64,000 nt of DNA from Cryomorphaceae bacterium (GTDB lineage Bacteria > Bacteroidota > Bacteroidia > Flavobacteriales > Schleiferiaceae). Of the stretch, positions 8,350-18,514 are shown piece after piece. Under the pieces are notes generated by a model. It saw nothing but the letters and a program-made list of their open reading frames with translations, had not been told where the DNA came from and searched no databases. A program made the position numbers and the translations under genes. Each line of letters starts with the position of its first letter. The first letter of the stretch is position 1. The stretch is taken from contig JAFMBM010000008.1 of assembly GCA_017858515.1 (NCBI GenBank), forward strand, positions 1,357 through 65,356. Direction: 5' to 3'.

Positions 8350-11202
8350 ATGCCAAAGGACAATTCAATAAAACACATTCTAATTATAGGGAGTGGCCCT
8401 ATTGTAATAGGACAAGCTTGTGAGTTTGATTACTCAGGTTCTCAGGCAGCTAGGTCCTTAAGAGAAGAGGGAATAAAGGTGAGTTTGATCAATTCAAATC
8501 CAGCCACCATTATGACGGATCCGGTGATGGCGGATCATATTTATTTATTGCCTTTGGAAGTAGAATCACTTGAGCATATTTTAGATCAACATCCGGATAT
8601 CGATGCGGTTCTGCCCACAATGGGCGGACAAACCGCCTTGAATCTTTGCATAGAGGCAGATAAAAATGGCCTTTGGGAAGAAAGGGGGGTGCGCATTATT
8701 GGGGTAGATATTGCTGCCATCCAGATTACAGAAGATAGAGAGGAGTTTAGATTGCTGATGGAAAAGATCGGTATTCCCATGGCGCCTTCTCAAACCGCTA
8801 CCTCTTATTTAAAGGGAAAGGAAATTGCTCAAAAATTTGGATTTCCACTCTGCATACGTGCCTCTTACACCTTAGGAGGAACCGGCGCTTCTTTTGTGCA
8901 TACCCGCGACGAATTCGATGAGTTGCTGAAGCGTGGATTAGAGGCATCGCCCATTCACGAGGTAATGATAGACAAAGCCCTTTTAGGTTGGAAGGAATTT
9001 GAACTCGAATTACTCAGAGACCAAGGAGATAATGTAATTATCATTTGCTCTATCGAGAATTTCGATCCCATGGGCATTCATACCGGAGACTCCATCACCG
9101 TAGCGCCTGCCATGACTTTAAGTGATAGCACCTATCAGCGCATGCGCAATATGGCTATTCAGATGATGCGCAGTATAGGAAACTTCGCGGGAGGTTGCAA
9201 TGTACAGTTTGCGGTGAGTCCCGATGAAAGGGAAGACATCGTAGCCATTGAAATCAATCCAAGGGTTTCTAGATCCTCCGCTTTGGCTTCTAAGGCAACC
9301 GGTTATCCCATTGCCAAGATTGCAGCCAAACTGGCTATAGGCTATAATTTGAGTGAGCTGAAAAATCAGATCACCAAAACCACCACTGCCTACTTCGAAC
9401 CTACTCTCGACTATGTAATCGTTAAAATTCCACGTTGGAATTTCGATAAATTCGAAGGAGCCGATCGCACTTTGGGATTGCAGATGAAGTCGGTAGGAGA
9501 GGCCATGGGAATAGGCAGAACCTTTCAAGAAGCCTTGCACAAGGCGGCTCAGAGCTTAGAAATAAAGCGCAATGGTCTTGGAGCAGATGGAAAAGGTCAA
9601 ACCGATCAAGATACCGTTATTAAGAAACTAACGCATGCCAGTTGGGATAGGATCTTCGTTATCTACGATGCCATGCAGTTAGGTATTCCGCTTCGAAGAA
9701 TTCAGGAAATCACCAGGATTGATATGTGGTTCTTGAAACAGATAGAAGATTTGGTGAAGGTGCAAGCGAAAATTCAATCGCACACCCTTTCAGCTATTCC
9801 AAGAGAATTGATGCTGGAAGCCAAAACCAAAGGCTTTGCCGACCGGCAGATTGCCCATATGTTGGGTTGCCTAGAAAGCGAGGTTCACAGAAAGAGAACC
9901 GATGCTGGAATTGAACGTGTTTGGAAGTTAGTAGATACCTGTGCCGCTGAGTTTCCAGCGCAAACACCCTATTACTACTCCACTTTCGAAAGCGAAAAGC
10001 AGTCTTCAGACGGCTATCGCTATTCGGAGAATGAAAGCCTTCCATCCAACAAAAAGAAGGTGGTTGTATTGGGCTCGGGTCCGAATAGAATAGGTCAAGG
10101 CATAGAATTCGACTATTGCTGTGTGCATGGTGTATTGGCGGCGAAAGAATGTGGTTATGAGACCATCATGATCAATTGCAATCCAGAAACCGTTTCAACC
10201 GACTTCGATACATCCGATAAACTCTATTTTGAGCCTGTTTTCTGGGAACATATCTACGATATCATCCGACATGAAAAACCAGAAGGTGTAATAGTGCAAT
10301 TGGGCGGACAAACGGCTTTGAAATTGGCGGAGAAGCTAGATCGGTATGGCATACCTATTCTAGGAACCAGCTTCGAGTCGCTCGATTTGGCCGAAGACCG
10401 CGGACGCTTTTCTACTTTATTGAAAGAAAATGGAATTCCGTATCCTGAATTTGGAGTAATTACCAATGCCGATGAGGCCCATGAATTGGCCAAAGAACTC
10501 GGCTTCCCTATTCTCGTTCGTCCGTCGTATGTTCTTGGTGGACAAGGAATGAAAATCGTGATCAATCACGAAGAGCTGGAGCACCATGTGGTTAATTTGT
10601 TTAAAGACATTCCAGGCAATAGAGTCTTGCTCGACCATTATTTAGAAGGAGCCATAGAAGCCGAAGCCGATGCCATTTGCGATGGTGAAGAGGTGTACAT
10701 CATCGGAATTATAGAGCATATAGAGCCTTGTGGTATTCATTCTGGTGACTCCAATGCCACCTTGCCCCCCTTTAACCTAGGGGCGCTTATCGTAGATCAG
10801 ATTCGCGTACATACAGAAACCATAGCCAAGGCATTGGGAACGGTAGGATTGATTAATATTCAGTTTGCCATTAAAGACGATGTTGTGTACATCATAGAGG
10901 CCAATCCAAGGGCTTCTAGAACGGTTCCCTTCATTGCAAAGGCGTATGGAGAGCCTTATGTGAATTACGCCACCAAGATCATGTTGCGCGAGAATAAGCT
11001 AAGCGACTTCAGCTTTAATCCACAACTGGAAGGATTTGCAATTAAGAGCCCTGTATTCTCCTTCAATAAATTCCCGAATGTGAGCAAGAATTTGGGGCCA
11101 GAGATGAAGAGTACAGGAGAAGCCATCTACTTTATTAAGAATCTTAGAGATCCTTTGTTTAAGAAATTGTTCTCAGAGCGCAATCTCTATTTGAGTAAAT
11201 AG
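8350..11202 (+). CDS. carB: Carbamoyl-phosphate synthase large subunit (short, 950-aa form)
   Basis: Two ATP-grasp halves, each starting with the GSGPxxIGQxxEFDY motif (ILIIGSGPIVIGQACEFDYSG and VVVLGSGPNRIGQGIEFDYCC). The sequence ends shortly after GPEMKSTGEA. Confidence 0.95.
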   Translation: MPKDNSIKHILIIGSGPIVIGQACEFDYSGSQAARSLREEGIKVSLINSNPATIMTDPVMADHIYLLPLEVESLEHILDQHPDIDAVLPTMGGQTALNLCIEADKNGLWEERGVRIIGVDIAAIQITEDREEFRLLMEKIGIPMAPSQTATSYLKGKEIAQKFGFPLCIRASYTLGGTGASFVHTRDEFDELLKRGLEASPIHEVMIDKALLGWKEFELELLRDQGDNVIIICSIENFDPMGIHTGDSITVAPAMTLSDSTYQRMRNMAIQMMRSIGNFAGGCNVQFAVSPDEREDIVAIEINPRVSRSSALASKATGYPIAKIAAKLAIGYNLSELKNQITKTTTAYFEPTLDYVIVKIPRWNFDKFEGADRTLGLQMKSVGEAMGIGRTFQEALHKAAQSLEIKRNGLGADGKGQTDQDTVIKKLTHASWDRIFVIYDAMQLGIPLRRIQEITRIDMWFLKQIEDLVKVQAKIQSHTLSAIPRELMLEAKTKGFADRQIAHMLGCLESEVHRKRTDAGIERVWKLVDTCAAEFPAQTPYYYSTFESEKQSSDGYRYSENESLPSNKKKVVVLGSGPNRIGQGIEFDYCCVHGVLAAKECGYETIMINCNPETVSTDFDTSDKLYFEPVFWEHIYDIIRHEKPEGVIVQLGGQTALKLAEKLDRYGIPILGTSFESLDLAEDRGRFSTLLKENGIPYPEFGVITNADEAHELAKELGFPILVRPSYVLGGQGMKIVINHEELEHHVVNLFKDIPGNRVLLDHYLEGAIEAEADAICDGEEVYIIGIIEHIEPCGIHSGDSNATLPPFNLGALIVDQIRVHTETIAKALGTVGLINIQFAIKDDVVYIIEANPRASRTVPFIAKAYGEPYVNYATKIMLRENKLSDFSFNPQLEGFAIKSPVFSFNKFPNVSKNLGPEMKSTGEAIYFIKNLRDPLFKKLFSERNLYLSK

Positions 11203-11205
11203 AGA

Positions 11206-11880
11206 TTATTCCAATAAATCAGGACGCAAGCGCTCGGTTCTTTCGAGCGCTTGTTCCGTTCTCCAGTTGTCTATCTTCTTTTCATCGCCCGATAAGAGAA
11301 TATCAGGCACCTTCCAACCTCTAAATTCGGCTGGCCGAGTATAAACAGGAGGAGCCAAAAGATCGTCTTGGAACGAATCGGTTAGGGCAGAGGTCTCATC
11401 ATTCAATACACCCGGAAGCAATCGAATAATGGCGTCGGATACCACCGCAGCGGCCAATTCTCCCCCCGAAAGCACATAATCTCCAATAGAAATTTCCTCA
11501 GTAATAATATGGTCCCGCAGTCGCTGGTCTATTCCCTTGTAATGTCCACAAAGTAGAATGATATTTTCGAATAACGACAGGCGATTGGCGTGTTTCTGAT
11601 CGAAGCGTTTTCCATCGGGCGTCATATAAATAATGGCATCGTAGCTTCTTTCCGATTGAAGTTTTTCAATGCAGGCCATAATCGGTTCAACCCGCATAAC
11701 CATTCCAGCTCCACCGCCAAAGGCATAATCGTCTACCTGTTTGTTCTTGCCACTGCCGTAATTGCGGAGATTGTGAATTTCAATTTCAACAACTCCCTTT
11801 TCAACAGCTCGTTTGCAAATGCTAGCCTCAAATGGACTTCGAAGTAGCTCAGGTAGCACAGTAATGATGTCTATACGCAT
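11206..11880 (-). CDS. trmD: tRNA (guanine37-N1)-methyltransferase
   Basis: [12 protein letters not shown]-terminus, GHYKGIDQR and [14 protein letters not shown] motifs typical of TrmD. Confidence 0.95.
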   Translation of the reverse strand: MRIDIITVLPELLRSPFEASICKRAVEKGVVEIEIHNLRNYGSGKNKQVDDYAFGGGAGMVMRVEPIMACIEKLQSERSYDAIIYMTPDGKRFDQKHANRLSLFENIILLCGHYKGIDQRLRDHIITEEISIGDYVLSGGELAAAVVSDAIIRLLPGVLNDETSALTDSFQDDLLAPPVYTRPAEFRGWKVPDILLSGDEKKIDNWRTEQALERTERLRPDLLE

Positions 11881-11900
11881 GGGCGAAACTTGAGTAGTGC

Positions 11901-12578
11901 TTATTTTCTTTTGATGGAGGCTGCGCCCGAAACTTCTTTGTATCCAATTTCTGCTGGCCCTCTAAGAACAAGGCTAGAAGCCCCGCTGAGTTCAACATTG
12001 GCCAAATCTTTCGCAAAAACATCCGCAGAGCAGGCACCACTTAATTCTAAGCTTACTTCGTTGGCTTTAAGTTTATCTGCCTTTAAACTAGAGGCACCAC
12101 TCATATCAATGGCAAGTTTGTCGGTTGTACCGGATAGAGTGATTTCGCAGGCGCCACTTCCATCTACATTAAGGAGAGAAACCATAGACTCCATCTCAAT
12201 TTGGGCTGCTCCACTGAGATCAATTTTAATAAAATTGCCTTTAATGGCATTCTTTGCTTTAAAGCTTACCGCTCCGCTCAAATCGATTTCATCTAATTTG
12301 GTTGCAGTGATATACAGTTGGATAGGTTTAGAATCGTTCCAAAAACTCTTGTCGGAGCTAATTTCTAATTCGCCATCTGAAAGATCAAACTGAACATCTT
12401 TGTGATCGTCGCCAAAGGCTACAATCACCACTTCATGGGTTTCGCCTAAACGAAAGAAAACTTCGTAGGCACCGCTTATCTCCAAAGAGTGGAAGGGAGT
12501 AAAGGTTTTGGTTGTTTTTGTTTGGGCAGCCATGCTCATACAGAGGAACAAAACGGCAATAAGGCTTATTCTTTTCAT
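11901..12578 (-). CDS. Head GIN domain (DUF2807) beta-helix repeat protein, secreted
   Basis: Signal peptide [19 protein letters not shown]. About 8 repeats of the xxLSGAxxxxxx module ([54 protein letters not shown]). ATG at 12578 is preferred to 12611. Confidence 0.7.
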   Translation of the reverse strand: MKRISLIAVLFLCMSMAAQTKTTKTFTPFHSLEISGAYEVFFRLGETHEVVIVAFGDDHKDVQFDLSDGELEISSDKSFWNDSKPIQLYITATKLDEIDLSGAVSFKAKNAIKGNFIKIDLSGAAQIEMESMVSLLNVDGSGACEITLSGTTDKLAIDMSGASSLKADKLKANEVSLELSGACSADVFAKDLANVELSGASSLVLRGPAEIGYKEVSGAASIKRK

Positions 12579-12615
12579 GATGGGTATTTTTTCAAATGTA
12601 TAACTAAGCAAGGTT

Positions 12616-12646
12616 TTAGCTTGTTAAAAGTAAACTAACAAGCTAA
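12616..12646 (-). terminator. Perfect 11-bp inverted repeat downstream of the WbqC-like gene (possible terminator)
   Basis: TTAGCTTGTTA (12616..12626) and TAACAAGCTAA (12636..12646) with a 9-nt loop. No clear T-tract on either strand. Confidence 0.35.
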
Positions 12647-12712
12647 GCCTTTAAGAAAATACTGGTTTTGAGCCGTGAGTAGGCGCGAACACATTGTAAA
12701 TACAACGACATT

Positions 12713-13318
12713 CTATTTGCCAGCCAATTCGGAAAAGGCATTGGGTCCTTCATAGCACAATAAATGAAGCACACTCAAGGAGCCCATTTGTTGAATCAAG
12801 GGCGTAAGTTGGATGGCTGATTCTATATAAACAGGGAGTTCTTTTTTTGGGTGGATGGAATTTCTAAGATCCAGGGTGTTGGGAGGGTTTAATTCAAAGT
12901 CATTGGAATAAGAAAGCGAAGGCGTTACATCCAACCACTTAAAAACCCAATGAATCCACATCTCATTCCAATCCCATAGTCGTTGTACTTGAGTTTGAAG
13001 GAAATGTTCTTCCATTTCCGCGGCTAGGATAGCAAAAAATGGAGCTTTAGAATAGGCAGATTGAATAGCGCGCCAATGGTTTTTTCTCCATTCTTCAGCA
13101 TAGCTTATCTCAATCTCATCCATCTTTCGTGAGGAAGAATGCAGCAAAGGAATGCTTAGATCCAGGGTCCCTTGTGCGCTTAGAATTCTAGAGCGATTTC
13201 GGAAAGACTGCTTTATGAAGTTTTCATGCTTCTCAAGGCAACAGCTGTCTGGCTCTTGAATCCAATACGCAAACCAAAGACTCGGAGGCAAATAGGCCGT
13301 GCTAAGTAGATAATTCAA
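12713..13318 (-). CDS. WbqC family protein
   Basis: 201 aa. The N-terminal YLPPSLWFAYW pattern and size are as in WbqC-like proteins. It lies directly downstream of lepB, as in other Flavobacteriia (recalled, not searched). Confidence 0.55.
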   Translation of the reverse strand: MNYLLSTAYLPPSLWFAYWIQEPDSCCLEKHENFIKQSFRNRSRILSAQGTLDLSIPLLHSSSRKMDEIEISYAEEWRKNHWRAIQSAYSKAPFFAILAAEMEEHFLQTQVQRLWDWNEMWIHWVFKWLDVTPSLSYSNDFELNPPNTLDLRNSIHPKKELPVYIESAIQLTPLIQQMGSLSVLHLLCYEGPNAFSELAGK

Positions 13319-13329
13319 GGGCTAAAATG

Positions 13330-14952
13330 CTAAGCTGCTTTTTTGCTGCGCTTGCGTCTTTTGTTAAAGAAAGAGTAGGCCACGACCAAAATAATAAAAG
13401 GCCAGAAATAACTAAATCGCTTACCACTTCCGTTTACAGTGGTAAACACTCTGCTTGTTCTAATCTTGTTGATGCCTTCGGCATATTTATCTAGGCTCAT
13501 CCAAATAAACACAGGTTTTCCCACTATGTGGTCTTCTGGAACAAAACCCCAGTAACGAGAATCTGATGAATTGTGGCGGTTGTCGCCCATCATCCAATAA
13601 TAGTTCTGAGCAAATGTGTACTCATCAGTAGTTTCACCGTCTACCACAAAAGCACCATCGACTATTTGAAGATCGTGATTCTCATATACCTCAATAATAC
13701 GTCTATAGAGGTGATAGGTAGAATCATTCAGAACTACGGTTTCTCCTGCTGCGGGGATATGAATAGGACCATAATTATCTCTGCTGAATGGGAACATGGG
13801 GTTTTCATCATGGAAACCATTCATGAAAAACTCATTGGCTCTACTCACTATTTCTTTGTAGTAGCGCTCAAGGAGCTGCGGAGTATTGGCAGGTAAGTTG
13901 GCTAAATCTTTCGGACTATCTAAGCGAATAACCTCCACCACATTCGGGAGATTTTTGAATGCATCCAAAACATTCGCATTAATAGACATAACATATTCAT
14001 CCTTTGTAAACTGCGTTACATCTCCTGGATCTCCATTGGCTCTGCGCTGATCGTCTTCGAGGTAATTTATATCAAAATCGCGCTTCATTTTTTTCTTGTT
14101 GAAATCAACCCCATTCGTGCGAACATAGTAGCTCGTTTGAGGATTGGCCCAATCTGGAAAAGGCATGATCTTTCCATCGATGTGTACATTTCCCGAAATC
14201 ACTTCTAATTGGTTTCCAGGCAATCCTACACAACGCTTAACATAGTTGGAGCGCTTGTCGATAGGTAGATCGGTTTCCATTGGATAGTTGAATACCACTG
14301 GATCACCCAACTCAATAGACTGTAGTTTGGGAAGCCTTAGGTAGGGAAATTCAACGGCCCTAGAGAAAGAAGGTGTGGTTCCAAAAGGAAGAGTAGCATG
14401 CAATAGGGGCACACTTAATGGAGTAATCGGAATTCGGGTTCCGTAGTGCATTTTACTAACGAAAAGAAAGTCTCCCACCATTAAGCTCTTCTCCATAGAA
14501 CTCGTAGGTATCACATAAGCTTCAAAGGTGAAGGTGCGTATAACGGTTGCAGCTACGATAGCGAAAAATGCAGCAGGAACAAATTCCCCCAATTGCTTTG
14601 TAATCTGCTTGTTATCAACTCCTACATATTTCAAAGGATTAAGATAAGGGATCAGTCCAAAATAGATTCCTAGGCTAATAGTAGAAAGAGCAATGTCTCC
14701 CCATTTGCGCCTTCCAAAAACGTGCAGAACTTCATAAATAGAGACGATCCACATAACGTGGTTTACGATCGGAATGAAATAGAGCACGGTCTGCCATTTC
14801 GGTCTCCCGGTCATTTCCATTAATTCAATGGTCTTTAAAACTGGAACAAAAGCTTTCCAAGCTTTCCGATCGCTTAGAAGGAAGTATTTGTACAAATAAA
14901 TAGAAGAGGCTATTTCTACAAGGAGGAGATACTGTAATAAATTGATTGTCAT
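13330..14952 (-). CDS. lepB: Signal peptidase I
   Basis: Catalytic-serine box SSMEKSLMVGDFLFVSK and C-terminal GDNRHNSSDSRYWGFVPEDHIVGKP box. Long multi-TM N-terminus as in Bacteroidota LepB. Confidence 0.9.
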   Translation of the reverse strand: MTINLLQYLLLVEIASSIYLYKYFLLSDRKAWKAFVPVLKTIELMEMTGRPKWQTVLYFIPIVNHVMWIVSIYEVLHVFGRRKWGDIALSTISLGIYFGLIPYLNPLKYVGVDNKQITKQLGEFVPAAFFAIVAATVIRTFTFEAYVIPTSSMEKSLMVGDFLFVSKMHYGTRIPITPLSVPLLHATLPFGTTPSFSRAVEFPYLRLPKLQSIELGDPVVFNYPMETDLPIDKRSNYVKRCVGLPGNQLEVISGNVHIDGKIMPFPDWANPQTSYYVRTNGVDFNKKKMKRDFDINYLEDDQRRANGDPGDVTQFTKDEYVMSINANVLDAFKNLPNVVEVIRLDSPKDLANLPANTPQLLERYYKEIVSRANEFFMNGFHDENPMFPFSRDNYGPIHIPAAGETVVLNDSTYHLYRRIIEVYENHDLQIVDGAFVVDGETTDEYTFAQNYYWMMGDNRHNSSDSRYWGFVPEDHIVGKPVFIWMSLDKYAEGINKIRTSRVFTTVNGSGKRFSYFWPFIILVVAYSFFNKRRKRSKKAA

Positions 14953-14953
14953 C

Positions 14954-15658
14954 TTAGAGGTTTAGGTTTAACAGGTCGTTCATTTGATAAAAGCCTTTTT
15001 TGCCTATTAAAAATTCAGCGGCTAGTAGGGCACCTTTAGCAAATGCATCGCGACCATGCGATATGTGTTCTATATGTAATTCGTCCGTTAGGCTTTGATA
15101 ACGAACGCTGTGTGTTCCTGGTATTTCTCCTTCTCGAATGGATTCAATTTTTAGCTGATCCTTAACATTTTCAGTAGTCCACGAATTGAATTGACTGTGA
15201 TTCTTTAGTATGTCTTCTGCAATGCTAATAGCCGTTCCGCTCGGAATATCTTTCTTCATACTGTGATGAAGTTCTACAATGTGTGGACAAAATTGCGGAA
15301 ACTGATCCATCCATTTTGCCAAGACTCTATTGAGAGCGAAGAAGATATTTACTCCTAGTGAATAATTGGAGGCATAGAAGAAGCTACCATCTACCTCCTT
15401 GCAAAAGGCAATGGCTTCGGGTAGAGATTGATGCCAACCTGTAGTGCCAGATACAATGGGTATTTGAAGGGATAAGCAACGGATAACGTTTTCAAATCCC
15501 GCTTCAGGCGAACTGAATTCTATGACAACCTCGGCTCCTGTGAGATCTTCATTTTCCCAATCCGATCCGCCTTTAAAAACGATGGAGTGCCCTAAATCGA
15601 CTGCAATGCGTTCGATTTCTTTCCCCATTTTTCCATATCCAAGTAGGGCTATTTCCAT
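14954..15658 (-). CDS. dapB: 4-hydroxy-tetrahydrodipicolinate reductase
   Basis: Signature ELHHSMKKDIPSGTA (E-x-H-H-x-x-K-x-D-x-P-SGTA) and N-terminal GYGKMG Rossmann start. Confidence 0.9.
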   Translation of the reverse strand: MEIALLGYGKMGKEIERIAVDLGHSIVFKGGSDWENEDLTGAEVVIEFSSPEAGFENVIRCLSLQIPIVSGTTGWHQSLPEAIAFCKEVDGSFFYASNYSLGVNIFFALNRVLAKWMDQFPQFCPHIVELHHSMKKDIPSGTAISIAEDILKNHSQFNSWTTENVKDQLKIESIREGEIPGTHSVRYQSLTDELHIEHISHGRDAFAKGALLAAEFLIGKKGFYQMNDLLNLNL

Positions 15659-16248
15659 TAGAAATTAAGGCTAAGTTGCAAAGAAGGAACCACCGAAGAA
15701 CCAAAGAAGGCCATGCCATTTTGCAGACTCGGTTGCAATTGCATAGAGAGGTCGTCGGAAATATCGAAATAGAAAAGATGCGCATCTACATAGGCATCTA
15801 GAATATTATAAGCATACACACCAACGGTCAAGATGATTGAAAGATCTCTCCATCTACGGAAGGTGTTTTCTAGTGTAATTAACTGAGAGGCTGTGTAAAT
15901 ATTAAGGTATTGGTCTGTTGTTTCAGGATCATCGTCTATGCGAATGTTGTAGGCATCTCTATAACTCAAATACTCTTGATGATTGTAAATGGCAAAGCCG
16001 ATGGTGGTTCCCATTCCAGCCCAGATAATAGGGGCTTTTAGGTATTTTTTATTGTAAAGTTGTCCCCAACCGGGTAGCATTACCGATCTCCAAGTTGCTT
16101 TCTTAATACTATGCTCTACTACTTTAGCTGAATCTTCGGCACTTAGGCGCTCAGCATTCTGCTTAAGACTAGCCAAGTCTGGCTCTTCCTGCGCTAAGGC
16201 AGACAATCCAAAGAATAGGATAGTAATTAGAGATAAAAAGCTCTTCAA
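15658..16248 (-). CDS. DUF5683 domain-containing protein
   Basis: Signal peptide plus LPGWGQLYNKKYLKAPIIWAG motif typical of DUF5683. Conserved position next to parB. Confidence 0.65.
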   Translation of the reverse strand: MKSFLSLITILFFGLSALAQEEPDLASLKQNAERLSAEDSAKVVEHSIKKATWRSVMLPGWGQLYNKKYLKAPIIWAGMGTTIGFAIYNHQEYLSYRDAYNIRIDDDPETTDQYLNIYTASQLITLENTFRRWRDLSIILTVGVYAYNILDAYVDAHLFYFDISDDLSMQLQPSLQNGMAFFGSSVVPSLQLSLNF

Positions 16249-16250
16249 TG

Positions 16251-17138
16251 CTAGGGATTAAGAATGCTGATCAATCGTTCCAACTCTTCTGGATTTTTAA
16301 ATCGGATTACAATTTCTCCCTTGCCTTTGGGATCAGACTTTAAAACCACTTCTGTTTCGAGAAGGGTTCCAAGTTGCTTTCCCAATTCGTTAAAGGGGGA
16401 AGCTTGCTTTTCCTCCTTTGTTTTTTCTGGCAGACTTGGGTATTGCAAAGCTTTAGCCTTTTCTTCAACCTGACGTACACTCATTCCTGAAGAAATGATT
16501 TCCTTGTACATCTTTAATTGATTTTCTTCACTTTCGATAGAAACCAACGCTCTTGCATGGCCCATACTCAACATTCGATCACGAATGCCTGCTTGAATGA
16601 TAGGAGGCAATTTCAACAATCGGATATAATTGGAAACCGTAGAGCGCTTCTTTCCAACTCTCTTGCTCATTTGCTCCTGAGTAATGGAGCACTCATCCAT
16701 TAAGCGTTGGTAGGAGAGGGCCACTTCCACGGCGTCTAATTCTTCTCTTTGAATATTTTCAACCAAAGCCATTTCCAACATCCCTTGGTCATCCGCCAAT
16801 CGAATATAAGCAGGAATGGCCGTTAGTCCCGCCAATTTTGAAGCTCTCCAACGACGTTCTCCTGAAATCAGTTCATATGAGTCAGAACTCAATCTACGAA
16901 CTGTAATAGGCTGAATAACGCCTAGTTGTTGGATGGAATCCGCCAGCTCTTGAAGGGCCTCATCGTCGAAAAAAGTACGGGGTTGAAAGGGATTAGGTTG
17001 AACAGATTGAACCGGAATTTCGGCAATAGAGCCTACAACTTCTTCTGCTCCGGGTTGATTTGCATTCTCAATCTCCGTTCGCGGATCTTTTAAAAGAGCC
17101 GCTAATCCTTTGCCTAATGCTTTGCGTTTATCTGCCAT
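16251..17138 (-). CDS. parB: ParB/Spo0J chromosome partitioning protein
   Basis: ParB box ISGERRWRASKLAGL and HTH segment QEQMSKRVGKKRSTVSNYIRLL. Confidence 0.95.
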   Translation of the reverse strand: MADKRKALGKGLAALLKDPRTEIENANQPGAEEVVGSIAEIPVQSVQPNPFQPRTFFDDEALQELADSIQQLGVIQPITVRRLSSDSYELISGERRWRASKLAGLTAIPAYIRLADDQGMLEMALVENIQREELDAVEVALSYQRLMDECSITQEQMSKRVGKKRSTVSNYIRLLKLPPIIQAGIRDRMLSMGHARALVSIESEENQLKMYKEIISSGMSVRQVEEKAKALQYPSLPEKTKEEKQASPFNELGKQLGTLLETEVVLKSDPKGKGEIVIRFKNPEELERLISILNP

Positions 17139-17148
17139 CGTATAATCT

Positions 17149-17940
17149 TCAGCTTTGCGCTACTTCTTTATTTAATTCGTTATTGCGCAAAAACTCACGG
17201 GCTAAATTTAAGTAATTGACAGCCCCTGTGCTCGCTGCATCGTATGTGATAATGTTTTCACCAAAACTAGGTGCCTCACTTAGGCGCACATTTCGCTGTA
17301 TAATGGTCTCAAATACCATTTGCTGAAAATGTGTTTTTACTTCTTCAACCACCTGATTTGATAGTCGCAATCGACTATCGTACATGGTGAGAAGTAAACC
17401 TTCAATTTGCAAATCTTGGTTGTGCAGGTTTTGAACACTTTTAATGGTGTTCAACAATTTCCCTAATCCTTCTAATGCAAAATATTCGCATTGAATTGGA
17501 ATTAATATGGAGTTGGCAGCGGTAAGTGCATTAAGAGTGATTAACCCTAAAGAAGGGGCACAATCTATAATGATATAATCGAATTGCTCAGATGGAAGAG
17601 TAGTTAATGCTTCTTTAAGCATGTATTCTCTATTCTTTTTATCCACTAACTCAATTTCGGCTGCAACTAAATCAATGCTGGAAGGAATCAAAAAAACATT
17701 GGGCGCTTTGCTGGGCATTATTGCATTGAGGATGGGTATGGCATGTTCAAGAACTTCGTAAGTTCCTTTGGAAACCGAATTGGGATCAACGCCTAAATTC
17801 GACGTGGCATTTGCCTGAGGGTCTGCATCGATGAGTAACACTTTCTTCTCAAGAACACCAAGGGCAGCAGTTAAGTTAACTGCAGTAGTTGTCTTTCCAA
17901 CCCCTCCTTTTTGGTTTGCAACGGCAACAATTTTACTCAT
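17149..17940 (-). CDS. parA: ParA/Soj family ATPase
   Basis: Deviant Walker A NQKGGVGKTTTAVNL. 263 aa, immediately upstream of parB. Confidence 0.95.
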   Translation of the reverse strand: MSKIVAVANQKGGVGKTTTAVNLTAALGVLEKKVLLIDADPQANATSNLGVDPNSVSKGTYEVLEHAIPILNAIMPSKAPNVFLIPSSIDLVAAEIELVDKKNREYMLKEALTTLPSEQFDYIIIDCAPSLGLITLNALTAANSILIPIQCEYFALEGLGKLLNTIKSVQNLHNQDLQIEGLLLTMYDSRLRLSNQVVEEVKTHFQQMVFETIIQRNVRLSEAPSFGENIITYDAASTGAVNYLNLAREFLRNNELNKEVAQS

Positions 17941-18086
17941 GGTAGAAAATTCGTTTAAATAATTGGTAATTAGACTACTAAGTAATTAATACTCAATGAG
18001 TAAATTCAGCAGCAAAGGTAGTATAACCAATCAACTGTAGAAACAAGAAAACGTGTTTTGAGAAGAACTAATCAACAGAAGAATCT

Positions 18087-18470
18087 CTACAGATCATCGA
18101 AGTCAATATCTGTAAAAGACTGTGTACTGCCTTCGTCTTTGGTTCTATTTGTGGTTTCTGTGGCGTCTTCGTTCGGCCTAAATTCACTTGGAGTGTCGGA
18201 TATAATTTCTTCTCCTTTACTCTCAATAATGAAATCGGTTATTTCTTCCAGAATATCCTTGAATTCTCTCAGATCTTCCTTGTACAAATAGATCTTATGC
18301 TTTTTAAAGAAAGCACCTCCTTGCTCATCATTCTGCTTCCGACTTTCGGTAATCGTGAGGTAATAATCATCTGCTTTGGTAGAGCGCACATCAAAAAAAT
18401 AAGTACGCTTTCCAGCTCTTAAGACCTTGGTAAATACTTCATCCCTGTCTTTCCGATCGTTTCCATCCAT
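18087..18470 (-). CDS. PUR-alpha-like DNA/RNA-binding protein (DUF3276)
   Basis: RAGKRTYFFDVRSTKADDYYLTITESRK followed by KHKIYLYKEDL, the PUR repeat pattern of DUF3276. Acidic C-terminal tail. Confidence 0.65.
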   Translation of the reverse strand: MDGNDRKDRDEVFTKVLRAGKRTYFFDVRSTKADDYYLTITESRKQNDEQGGAFFKKHKIYLYKEDLREFKDILEEITDFIIESKGEEIISDTPSEFRPNEDATETTNRTKDEGSTQSFTDIDFDDL

Positions 18471-18514
18471 CTTTTCTGTATTCCTGTGAGTCTCAAAAAT
18501 AGTAAAATCTTCAT

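Noticed and set aside
9118-10638. Several 70-140-aa antisense ORFs inside carB (9118..9540, 9794..10045, 10254..10565, 10417..10638).
   Set aside because: They lie entirely within and opposite an unambiguous, highly conserved gene. These are typical shadow ORFs.
11890-12393. 167-aa + strand ORF with a repeated APL motif.
   Set aside because: It is the antisense reading of the GIN-domain gene, and its APL repeats mirror the sense-strand SGA repeats. The minus-strand protein has a signal peptide and a recognisable family.
18047-18060. GAAAACGTGTTTTG near-palindrome upstream of parA, considered as a parS site.
   Set aside because: It shares only the ACGTG core with the parS consensus TGTTTCACGTGAAACA. 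The arms are in the wrong orientation and the centre is not symmetric.
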